From NCBI GenBank assembly GCA_964016885.1, contig OZ024742.1, positions 261,454,001 through 261,518,000 on the forward strand: a stretch of 64,000 bases of DNA. Reading direction: 5' to 3'. This DNA is from Eledone cirrhosa (Eukaryota). Below are positions 14,888 through 26,850 of this stretch, in pieces. Each line of letters opens with the position of its first letter. Positions within the stretch are counted from its first letter, which is position 1. A program made the translations under genes and the position numbers. Below the pieces are notes generated by a model that made no database searches, had not been told where the DNA came from, and saw only the letters and a program-made list of their open reading frames with translations.

Positions 14888-14989
14888 TAATTTAGAAATG
14901 GCTTCTACAGGAATCATCCATTGTTACTGTTGATGTGTGTGTATGTATGTCTGTATGTGTGTTTGTATGTGCGTGTCCACTGATTAGTG

Positions 14990-15603
14990 AGGTGAGCAGG
15001 CAGTATCGTTAGAGTGTTGCGGTATGTAGTTACGGCTTTTTACGTTCTGACTTCGAATCCCGCCGAGGTCAACTTTGCATTTCATCCTTCCGTGGGGGGA
15101 TAAAATAAAGTACCAGTCAAATAATAGGGTCCATATAATCGAGTGTCCTTTCTTTCCCCAAATTTGCTGGCCTTGTGCCTAAATTAGAATTCATTATTAT
15201 TCGGTGGATTGGCAGTATCGGTAGCACGTCGGACACCATGCTCTGCAGCATAGAGTTACAGTCCTTTACGGTCTGCGTCCAAATCCCGCCAAGGTTAACT
15301 TTGCTTTTCATCCTTACGGGGTCGATAAAATAAAGTACCAGTAACGTACTGGGGTCGATTTAATCGACTTTCTCCTCCCCTCCAAATTACTGGCCTTGTG
15401 CCTATACTAGAAATCATTGGTGAATTGGCAGTATCGGTAGAGGGTCGGACATGATTTCCAACATAGAGTTACGTCCCTTTGCGATCTGAGTTCAAATTCC
15501 ACCGAGGTTAACTTTGCCTCTCATCCATACGGGGTCGATAAAATAAAGTACCAGTAATGTACTGGGTAATTACTGGCCTTGTGCCAAAAGTAGAAACAAT
15601 TAT
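14990..15603 (+). mobile_element. Three tandem copies of one SINE family
   Basis: Repeated ggcagtatcg..aaatcccgccgaggt(c/t)aactttg..gataaaataaagtaccagt..ctggccttgtgcc units starting at ~14990, ~15203 and ~15418. Confidence 0.85.
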
Positions 15604-15762
15604 TATACACTTATCTATACAAATTAGTTTCTTCATCTTGTTGTAATCACAATGCACAATATTTTGACTGTTCTATCTACTGACTTTCTTAAATATCTGT
15701 TGGAATATCTTTCTATCTTTATTGTTCGAATTATTTAACACAGCAGCCATTAGATTGGTGAT

Positions 15763-15849
15763 GAAGAAGAAGAAGAAGAAGAAGAAGAAGAAGAAGAAGA
15801 AGAAGAAGAAGAAGAAGAAGAAGAAGAAGAAGAAGAAGAAGAAGAAGAA
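15763..15849. repeat. (GAA)n microsatellite
   Basis: Visible run. Confidence 0.97.
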
Positions 15850-16317
15850 GATCACCACCATCATCATCATGGTCACGATATGAAGAAGGAGGGAGATAAA
15901 GGAAAAGATTGGAGAAGATAGGAGAAAAAATTGCCTCTTGTATTATCAGTGCTACATTAATAATTATACACATCGGTGTGCGCATGCGCTAACATCGATA
16001 TTTTTAAAGATAACGAAAGAGCTGTGAAAGTAACAACTACTACTACTACGACGACGACGACAGCAACAATAGCAACAATACCAACAACAACTGCATCAAT
16101 AACAACTATAGCAACAACAACAACCACAACAGCAGCAACCACAAAAAGAACAATGACAACTGCAGCAACAACAACGACAACAGCAGCAGTAACAACCACA
16201 ACAACAAACAACAGTAAATATACGTAAACATGGTACAATTGACGTGTAAATGTTATTGATTTTTGAAGCGTATGGGGACACAGTATTGTGTCAATAATGT
16301 CAAACATATATGTGATA

Positions 16318-16341
16318 TGGTGGTGGTGGTGGTGGTGGTTT

Positions 16342-16420
<79 letters not shown>

Positions 16421-16425
16421 CGGTG

Positions 16426-16507
<82 letters not shown>

Positions 16508-16509
16508 CG

Positions 16510-16552
<43 letters not shown>

Positions 16553-16554
16553 CG

Positions 16555-16615
<61 letters not shown>

Positions 16616-16668
16616 AAGAAGAAGAAGAAGAAGAAGAAGAAGAAGAAGAAGAAGAAGAAGAAGAAGAA
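16318..16668. repeat. (GGT)n/(AGT)n/(GAA)n compound trinucleotide repeat
   Basis: Visible run. Confidence 0.97.
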
Positions 16669-16971
16669 TTTCGATCCAAATTTTATTACGTGAACACCTT
16701 TCTATTCCCCCACCCACACGCCCCACTGTTCCCTCATCACCACCATCTCACCGCAAGCAACAACAGTACCAACCACAACTACTGCAACCACCACAGCCAT
16801 TATCATCATTATCACCAGTTATCACCTCTACAACAGCTATTGCCACAATTACAATCGTAACTACAACCATCACAATCATAACAACCATCACCACCAACAA
16901 CAACACCAACACCACCGCCAACACGATCACGAATATCTTTAGAATCCCCTATAAAGACCATCATCTTCACT

Positions 16972-17675
16972 GCCACCATCACCACAACAACATCACCACC
17001 ACCATTACCACAACATCACCACAACCCCACCACCATCACCACAACAACATCACCACCACCCTCACCACAACACCACCACAACCCCACCACCATCACCACA
17101 ACAACATCACCACCACCATCACCACAACAACATCACCACAACCCCACCACCATCACCACAACAACATCACCACCACCCTCACCACAACACCACCACAACC
17201 CCACCACCATCACCACAACAACATCACCACCACCATTACCACAACATCACCACAACCCCACCACCATCACCACAACCCCACCACCATCACCACAACAACA
17301 TCACCATCACCCTCACCACAACACCACCACAACCCCACCACCATCACCACCACAACATCACCACCACCATTACCACAACATCACCACAACCCCACCACCA
17401 TCACCACAACCCCACCACCATCACCATAACAACATCACCACCACCCTCACCACAACACCACCACAACCCCACCACCATCACCACAACAACATCACCACCA
17501 CCATTACCACAACATCACCACAACCCCACCACCATCACCACAACAACATCACCACCACCCTCACCACAACACCACCACAACCCCACCACCATCACCACAA
17601 CAACATCACCACCACCATCACCACAACATCACCACCGCCACTATCACCACAACAACAACAATAACACCAACAACA
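16972..17675. repeat. CAC/CAA-based minisatellite (~57-63 bp units)
   Basis: Recurring caccaccatcaccacaacaacatcaccaccacc..accacaacccc units. Confidence 0.9.
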
Positions 17676-17971
17676 TTGCCTTAATTAGTTTCAAATATAT
17701 TTATACATATCGATTCTCCATAGAGAAGTAGGCGGAATAGGTTAAATGACTTAATGAGTAAGAATATGTTACATAATTGAGTTAAGGTTAACATATTTGA
17801 TGTAGGGAACATTGAGATACTAACTAGAAAGTATTATACTGCGAGGTGGGAAATAAAAAAATGAACAATTAAGCAATCGTTTTACAAAGAATTGGGAAGA
17901 TTTTAATTTGAAACTATATTAGTTTATTATAAGCTGCTACAGCGCAGGTTTTCACTATCAAATAGTCGAAT

Positions 17972-18042
17972 CGCCTGCGGAAATCGAACTCCCATCTTTC
18001 GTATGACAGACAGGTAGCTATATTACCATTTTACCAAAGAAC
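17972..18042 (-). pseudogene. tRNA-Asp-like decayed sequence or SINE head
   Basis: Minus strand ggtaaaatggtaat...CTGTCA...gggaGTTCGATTtcc. The acceptor stem is not intact. Confidence 0.45.
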
Positions 18043-18907
18043 TGATAACTTATACGTCATTTTTAAACCTTATCTTTCAGCCAGAAAATGTAAACAAATA
18101 GGCAATTGTTTTACGATATCTTGGGCGAATTTGAATGTTTAAAGCATGTTAGCTTATTATAAGTTGCTACAACGCAAGTTGGACATATAAACTCCTAGAG
18201 ACAAAGAAGTGTAGAGAGAGTCACCTGCCTCAAGAAGTTTATATGTCCAACTTTTTCGAGCATTTGATAGTCAAGCCTGCGTTGTAGTAGTTTCCAATAC
18301 GTTAACATACTACAAAACAAACCATATTAATTAATGACACATACAATTCTTATTTCATTCTTTTCTAAGCAAATGTGGGAGACAACTTCAGACATGTTTT
18401 TATCTTGTTCTGACCTTGGCAGTGGGACGTCGTTATAACTGTGGTCGTGAAATGAGTGATGGGAGAATTAAATGGAATTAAATACATAAAATATAGAAAA
18501 CTTTACAATGATTGGTGTAATATAATATAATTCAGCAATGAAAACATCATATCTGTCCGTTCCTTTGTCTTTAGATTGGATTGCTGCGAAAACGAAACCT
18601 GATTACATAAAATGCTGTTTGAAGATGTAGCGTGGCCGGTTGCGTGATCGTACCCTCACGTAGCCGTAAATGCCATTGAAATATGTATCACATATTTATT
18701 AATAAAGGATTTTTAAACATCTACACCGAACTTTATCCTTATTCTACATAAACTCCTTCACAGATTAATAAATTACATTTGGAAGAAAACTCACGACGTT
18801 AAGTGCTTACAGCGAATTGCATCATTGATTACTGATCGGTGTGTTGCATACCCAACCGTGATTACTCAACATGTTTACCATAAGTATATATATGTGTGTG
18901 GTAGTGT

Positions 18908-19160
18908 GGAGGCACGTGGCCTAGTCGTAAGGGTGTTGGACTTACGATCATAATGTCGTGGGTTCGATTCCTGGGTTGCGTGTTGTGTTCTTGAGCAAAA
19001 CACTTCATTTCACGTTGCTCCAGTATATTCAGCTGAAAATGAGCTGGGGGGTTAATGGACTGGCGTCCTGTCCAGGGGGAAGTCTTGTACTCTCAGTCGC
19101 TTCACGCCATGAAACCGGGATAAGCACCGGCCAAAAACCTTCAGGCTTAAGACAGACTTT
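18908..19160 (+). mobile_element. tRNA-derived SINE
   Basis: Head tggaggcacgtggcctagt..gggttcgattcc. The body (cacttcatttcacg..gaaaccgggataagc) is shared with 29576-29810. Confidence 0.75.
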
Positions 19161-19220
19161 AGACAATATGTGTTTGTGTGTGTGTGTGTATGTGTGTATG
19201 TGTGTGTGTGTGTGTGTTTC

Positions 19221-21240
19221 ACGAGCCTATAGAGAGGCTGTCCTCTTCTTGGGCTACAATCCTAAGGTTAAAGACAGAGACGGAGGACTCTATTTTCACT
19301 GATAAAATAAAATATTGAAGGGGTATATATCAGGGGGACAGTCTCTCTGTGACATTATTCATCTTGTCATTCTGCTCAAGAATGTGAGGGATACATCATT
19401 GGCTCACAGGAGGACAGAAATACGAACCTAACCCATAATTTCTTTGTGGACGATCTGACACTCTATGCCAAGAACATGGATGGGATGAAGAAAAATCTTG
19501 ACCTGGTTACAACGTTCTCAAAGGATACAGGAATGGAGTTTGGCCAAGATATATGCTCATACATGACTGTAAAGCGGGGAAAAACAACAACCCAATCTAG
19601 CAGCATTGTCATCAATGCCTAACTGTTTCACCGATATGTGATGAGGACTACTACAGATACCTGGGGATAGATGAGAACATATCATATAATGGTATCTGTA
19701 ATAAAGAACGCGGAACCAGGGAATACTCCACCCGATTAAGAAAGATCTGGACATCGGAACTCTCTGCACAAAACAAAACAATGGCTCACAATGTGTTTGC
19801 TGTGCCTGTCCTAACACCAACGTTTGGAATACTCAATTGGACAATAGACGAAATCCGAGCAGTTGATGTTGGAACTCGAAAAATACTAAACAACACCGGA
19901 AACTTCCACATCAACAGTGACATAGACCGCCTTTACTTGAAACGTAAGGAGGGAGGCAGAGGCCTAACATCAGCCCAGACAACATTTGAATGTCGCATCA
20001 TATCTCTCCGACAACATCTACGAACCTCGAAGCGTAGGAGCCCGTTTCTCGAGCAAGTCTATCTGCATGAAACAGATAAGATCATGAGAGTTGGGAAGGA
20101 ACTCCTCGAGAGATATTCCCTGTGTGGTAATCAAAAAGTCACACCCAGAGAAGTCGCTCAGCAGTATCGCAGTGAATCCATGGATGAAAAACTGCATGCT
20201 TAGCAGCAAAAAATCACGCATGGATATGTTGCCAGGAAGCTCCAGAGTGAGAGTAATATAGATAAGGAAAGTAGTCTATCTTGGACCAACAACCGTTATA
20301 TTGGCTCCCACTTTGAAGGATACGCTTTTGCAATCCAAGAACAGGAGATTAACACGAAATACCTGATTCACAAAAGAGATAGGGATGCAGGCAAAACACC
20401 TAGATGTGATAACAAGTGCAGACTCTGCAGAACTAACATCGAGGATATCACCCATGTCATCAGCAGCTGTCCAAAGATGTCATCGCGGTACTATCTACCT
20501 ATGAGGCATGATGTAGTGGCCAAAACACTGCACAATGCAGTTCGTAAAAAAGATAGCCCCGATAATAAACACATTAAAAGCTACAGCAATGTGGAAGACA
20601 TACATGTACATAATATGAAAGAGTACTGGTGGAATGTTCCAGTAAAAACCCCAATAAAATGCAGGCATAACAGACCAGATATTATGATATGGGACAGGGA
20701 AAAGAAAGCATGCACAGTAGTGGAAATTAGCTGCCCAACAGATGCCAATATAATATCAAAGATTAGCGAAAAGGAGAATATTTATGCAGAACTAATGAGA
20801 AATCTGCAGATACTCCACCCTGATTACACCTTCAGATTTATGCCTGTGATTATAGGGGCACTGGGGTATGTTAGTAACTGCCTCAATACAAATCTTGAGA
20901 AGCTAGGCTTTACGGGAACAGAAAGAACACAACTAGTTAGGAAATTACAAGTACAATCCATTAATGGAACAGTAAAAATATGTAAAACATTCCAAAAATT
21001 TTGCATCTAATAACTGTATATACACATGTACAGAAGCAAAGCATATACACCTGCACACATGCAACTCAAAACATACACATCCACACATACAATAACACCC
21101 ATATCTACACATGCAGGCATACATACATATCTACCTAGTTGATGTTGTGTAAATTCCAAGGAGAGAGTCTTGTGTCTATGTTAGAAACCCACTCTCTCTC
21201 TCTATTGGTAACACTTTGTGAAATTATAAAACCAGAAGAA
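19221..21240 (+). mobile_element. 5'-truncated R4/Dong-like non-LTR retrotransposon (RT, CCHC, RLE), decayed
   Basis: RT motifs GIYQGDSLS, FFVDDL, YRYLG and LYLKRKEGGRGL. Zn knuckle CRLC..HVISSC, RHD, and RLE RPDIMIWD..VEISCP. Several stops/frameshifts; ends at (CATA)n. Confidence 0.9.
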
Positions 21241-21242
21241 CA

Positions 21243-21274
<32 letters not shown>

Positions 21275-21519
21275 AGTGACGTTTAAATATTAACAAATAA
21301 TTGAGTTTTCAAATCCAACATTTGACGAAATAAATAATTCTGTTTTAGACATACAGATGCATTCGTTTTCAGTTTACTTTTGTTAGTCTCTTCACCAAAA
21401 GATAAATAACCGGCATGAAATAAAATTCCGCACATCTCTCATACTTAATGCAATTATTTTGAATATCTTTCACAATTCCGTTTCATATGTGCACATGTGT
21501 GTATACATACATACATGAT

Positions 21520-22070
21520 GGCTGCAACTCGATTTCGAGTAATGCCATCGCTTGATACTTAAGCATCAGCATCACGGCCGTGGCTTTTTAGCTCTGCTAG
21601 GGACTTGCCTATGGCCAGCAATATCATGCATGTCAGAAAATGTCACATATCAAGCGATACCTGTGCTTGAATCTTTTTTAAGTGAGGAAAGGCTTTGCAC
21701 GGGGCCAATCCCACTCTCTGAACATCGAATACATTTTCCCCAAAAGAAGAACTTGTCAACATGATCGGATGCAAAGGAAGTACAGGTTTTATATCAGAGT
21801 GACCTTCTCCTAGAGAGATCTTAATGAAGACTAGGAGTCTCTCGCTCCACAAAAGAAAAAATGTTTAAAGAATTGAAAAAAAAAACTTTATTGGATGGCC
21901 GTTGACTCTCCTGAGTTCCCCCGCCCTTTGACGAGTTTTGTTTTTCATCCTACAGGGTGTCCAAATTCACACTCCTCACCAAGCAAGCTTGTTGGGGTTG
22001 CCAGTTTAGTCACTGACGACCCGACCATGCACAGATTGTACTGGGTTACATGTTACCAGTAGCGCTGAAT
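21520..22070. mobile_element. Interspersed repeat, second copy at 48285-48640
   Basis: Both loci share gccaatcccactctctga, ccttctcctag, tggatggccgttgactct..ccgccctttg and cagggtgt(c/a)caaa. Confidence 0.65.
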
Positions 22071-22243
22071 ACATTATTTTGAATGCGCAAGCATACATTA
22101 TTTTTAATATCATTCACAACTCCGTTTCATATGTACGCATGTGTGTATACATACATACATCCATACATATATACATACACACACAGACACACGCGCGCGC
22201 ACACACACACTCACACACACACACACGCGCGCGCACACACACA

Positions 22244-22390
<147 letters not shown>

Positions 22391-22399
22391 GTGTATATT

Positions 22400-25300
22400 T
22401 AAGAAAGTCGGGGGGTTTTTTAATGTCCCACACGGGTAAAAATATATGGAAAAGAATTTGAAAATGCAACTGAAGTCTTTTAAGAATATTTATTTACTTT
22501 ACCGGTTTCACAGTTATGATGATTATCAAAAGTGAAATTGAGATGGAGGGTTTTGTTTCTGTTGTGGCGTGTCTCGACTCTAACTGGAGTTTGAAAATTC
22601 TTTTTGTTTTATACAAAAAGGTGGCTCAGATTGCTATCTGTTTAAAATGCAATTTTGTTGGTTGATGACAGGCACGTGATTAGGTACAGTAATGTTTGCT
22701 TCAGGAAAAGTGACTCAAAATTGTCATTTGATATTTTATTGGATGGTGACAGTCTCATGATTAGGCATAGTAATTCTTGCGTCAAAAATAGATGGTAAAA
22801 AAATGGAAGAAAAAAAGAAAAATTGGAGTGTTATGGTTCAGTGAGTATAGCAAATGACAAAGTCACATTTTAAGAGGTGTTTGGATCACCTCTTAAAATT
22901 GTTGCTATTTGTTTAATATGCAATTTTATTGTTTGATGACGGTCACGTGATTAGGCATAGGAATTTTTGCGCCAAAAATGGATGGTCAGAAAGTGAGAGA
23001 AGACAAGAAAAATCGGCGTGCTATGGTTCAACTAACGTGGAAGTGCTGAGGAATGTCAGATTTTAAGACTCGCAAACAATAGAATGTACAACATATTGGT
23101 TTATATGTCTTTGATGACGACGGTGATGACGACGGTGATGGTAATTGCTGGGTAGAAAGAATTTGTGTGTTTGTGTGTGTATGTGCGTGTGTTGTGGATA
23201 CTGAATTGTATTTGTATGTGTGGGAGTAACTGTCGGAAAACAGAAATATTTTATTTGTGTGCGCGCGTGTGTGTGTAACAGTGGCGGTTTATCGCCTTAA
23301 TAATAACAACAGTAATAAAAATCATTCCATTTGTAAAATAATTAAGGACGTTATGTGTGTGTGTGTGTGGGGGGGGGGGGCTAGCATATTAAGATATTAA
23401 AATATTAAAGTAATTAAAATATATTTAGCTGTGCCCTATATTTTCGAATAAAAATATTTTATTTATTTATTCGTGTTTGGTCTGTGGTATTGACGAGCAA
23501 AGATAAAGTGGGAAGATTTGGAATTTGGTGAACTTATTTTTTGCACATAAGTCTAAATATCGACTGAGTGGTATCTGTCTTGTGGTGGGGTCTTGTAATT
23601 GTTGACGATTAATTCTCATTCTGTTTCTGAGGGTGAGTTTAGTTTGCCCTATGTAATCTTTGTTACAGTCTTTACATTTAATGGCATAAAATATATTTTT
23701 TGATGAACAAGTGAAATGTTTTTTTGTTTTTTTTTTCAACAAAAATTTGTCCTGATTGAAATTTATACATTTTACCTTGAATGAGGTGAAAACAAGTCCC
23801 GCAATTAAAGTGACCACATTTTTTGACAGTTGGTGTTGGGTTTGTGGTGAGTAATTTTTTTAGTGATTTATGTTGTCTTTTACCTTTGATTATTGTATGT
23901 GTTTCAAGTGCTTTTTTCATTCTTGGGTCTTGTTTCAATAGTGGGATGTTCTTGTGGGTATATTGTTTGCTTCCGTGTTTCTTAGGCGGTGTGTTGAGAT
24001 ATATGATAGAATATTGGACGTGCCTTGAGTTTGTTTCGGTCTTCGTAATGCTTCAATGTCTATTGCTTTAGTCCTTTCTATTCCATTTTCTATTAATAAC
24101 AATGGGTATTGTCTTTCGAGCAGAATTTCCTTTAATTCTTGGATCTCTTATTCCGTGTTTCATAATTTGAGACAATTGTGCAAATTCTTCTCGTTAGATG
24201 CAATGCTCGTCTTCCTGTGCTTTGGGGAGGTGAATAGCAGGTATTGTTTAGAATTTGTTGATTTGTAGTAAATGTCAGTTTCAATGTTTATGTATTTTTT
24301 ATGATTAAAATGTTTAAAAATGGTTGCCATTGAAATTAAAAAAATTGTTTTGTAAAATGAACTTTAGTCTCTCGGTGATGAAACCTTTTTCTATTCTTTT
24401 CGGGATCTCATTGGGGTATTTTTCTAACCAGAATCCTATTGCTTCTAGTCCGTATTGGTGTGAGATCGTAGTGTAGAGGTTTACTACATCAAAGGTAACA
24501 ATAATAATGTCGTAGTTGACATGTTTGGGGAGGTGATTTAAGAGGTCCAGGTCATCGCTTACAAGACTTGGTATGTGTTTGAGAATTGGTTTTAGTAATA
24601 TGTCTATAAAGTTGCTTAGTCTATGCGTTTCACATTTTGGGCCCGCTACAATTGGTCTTAATTTAAGATCAGTGGGGTGTTGTATGTTTACGCAGGTTGA
24701 GGTGGATTTTTACAGGCATCGTTATTCATTTGCTCTTGGGGATTTTCGGAAGTTCAGATTTTCGGAAGTGTGTTGATTAGTCGCATTCCTTTTTAGTTAA
24801 GTCTTTTTGGTGTTGACAAATGAGTGTGTTTAATCTGGTCATCGTTTTTTATTGCTGGTTGTGGTTTACCCTTTCATAGTAGGTAGTGTCTTGTCAAAGA
24901 GAGGATATAGAGTTTTTATAGTGTTCAGCATCCAAAATAACGACAGTACTTCTCTTATCTGCTTCCTTAATCGTGATGTCATTATTGTTTTGTTAACTCA
25001 TGAATAATCTTCCATTCCTTATGACTGGTGTTGGGTTTGGGTTTAGGTTGTGGTAGTTCATGATATGGAAAAGTTTATATGTGAACTCAAAATGTGTCCA
25101 AAACTCTGTTTCTTCCCTTTGTAGGTTGGTAGCTGCTTTTATTCCGTACAATTGATTCATCGCTATTCTCCTTGTCAAATAATTCCAGTTAGACGTAATT
25201 TTCTACAGAAGTATGAACCATCATCGTTTATCTCATTGAGGTTAGAGTTTTGTAGTGTTGGGGTGAATTTCACTCCTTTTGAGAGAATTTAAATTTTTTG

Positions 25301-25820
25301 GATTGAGAGGTTTTCATTTGAAAGAGTGATTATTTTCGGTTTTTCAAAATCGGTTTGTATCACCGGGTGTCGTGGGTCCTGTAGCCTTTGTCTAAAAATA
25401 ATCTTTTGGAATTGTTTTTTCATGGGTATTTTTGTATCTGATGGCATTTCCGCAATTATTGTGTGGTCTTTTATAGAAGTTTCGGGCGTACTTAGGTTCG
25501 GGTTGTTGTTGGTCGGGGTTGTAAATTTTGCTCCTATGTGTAGGTTGTTATCTACAATTTGGAAACAAGTTCTGTGTGGGTTGGCATCTACGATATCGAT
25601 TCCAGTCTTGTCTTTCTTTAGGGTGCTTGGGTTCTTTTAGTAGGGTTATAGTGTTGTCTATGGATTCTGGGATTATCTTCATAGTTTTGCTGGAGATATG
25701 TTTGACGTTTTGCTACTTTTTTTGTTTAATGTGAGTGTGGCGTGTGAATTTTAGCTTTTTTCAAGAATGTATGGCGTTCGTTTCTGAATTCCATTTCGTA
25801 ATTGGTGAACCAGGTGGTAT
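22400..25820 (-). mobile_element. Near full-length decayed Penelope-like element (C-terminal GIY-YIG with Cys linker, Neptune-like)
   Basis: Minus-strand motifs: LSKGVKFTP, IKEADK, LRPIVAGP..LSNFIDILLKP, VTFDVVNLYT, TDIYYKST, CGHFNCGTC, FTCSSKNIFYAIKC..DYIGQT..LRNR. The central RT motifs appear deleted; many frameshifts. Confidence 0.9.
22496..22534 (-). ncRNA. Degenerate hammerhead in the 3' pLTR of the PLE
   Basis: ctt-TTGATAA-tca..tgt-GAAAC-CG-GTA-aag, then AATAAA. Two transitions away from CTGATGA; palindromic ACCGGT stem III. Confidence 0.55.
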
Positions 25821-26279
25821 ACATATACTTATACATATCGACTTGTAGACTTGTCTCTATTTCTCTTTATATATGATGAAAGTATGTGTGTGTATTTGTA
25901 TATAATCATGACTATGCATTCTGAACAAATGCTTTATAATAAGAAACATTAGTGCAAATCTCTGCCATAATTGAATCCATTCTACTCCCAGATTTTTACC
26001 AAATCCACATCATTTCAGCGTCACCCCCTAGTACCACTTCAGTGCCACTCCCATGTCATCCTAGTGCTCCTCCTGTTTTCTGGTCTTCCATCTACGGCTC
26101 CTATTCAGTCAAGACGCAATCATTGTAAGTAGAAGTCACGTAAACCCAGCACCAGCGACGACAGAGTGGGGTGGAGAACAATAATCGTAATGGCTGCTAT
26201 TCATGGATCTCTTTAGTAGGGGAAAAGAGAAGGGCGGGCGACGGAAGACAGAGAGAAAGCTAGAAATAGCTGAATGAAT

Positions 26280-26332
26280 AAAGATGGAAAGAAAGAAAGA
26301 AAACGAGATAGAGAAAGAAAATAGATAGATAT

Positions 26333-26414
<82 letters not shown>

Positions 26415-26850
26415 GGATAGATAGATAGAAACGACAAAGGAGTACAGAAATAAAGAAAGAAATAATAATAAATAAAGAAATAATAAATAAAGAAATAATA
26501 ATAAATAAAGAAATAATAATAAATAAAGAAATAATAATAAAGAAAGAAATAGATAAAGAAAGAAAGAGAGAAATAATAACAGAAAGGAAGAAAGAAGGAA
26601 GGAAGGGAGGAAACAAATAAATAAAGAAATAAAGAAATAGATAAAGAAAGAAGGAAAGAAAGAATAACAGAAAGAAAGAAAGAATAACAGAAAGAAAGAA
26701 AGAAAGAAACAAACAAATAAAAAATAAAGAAATAGATAAATAAAGAAATAAATAAAGAAAGAAAGGAAGAAAGAAAAAAGGTGAGAAGGGGAGAAAGAAA
26801 AGGAGAGAGAGGGGAGTGGGAGAGAAAGTGAAAAAGGAAAATAGAGAAGA
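26280..26850. repeat. (GATA)n and A-rich (GAAA/TAAA)n low-complexity tract
   Basis: Visible runs. Confidence 0.95.

Noticed and set aside
16253-17429. 388-aa S/R/T/H-rich ORF and overlapping polyV/polyL ORFs
   Set aside because: Triplet-repeat artefacts, open in many frames on both strands.
25950-26200. Possible LINE 3' remnant on the minus strand
   Set aside because: Too degenerate to assign from motifs by eye.
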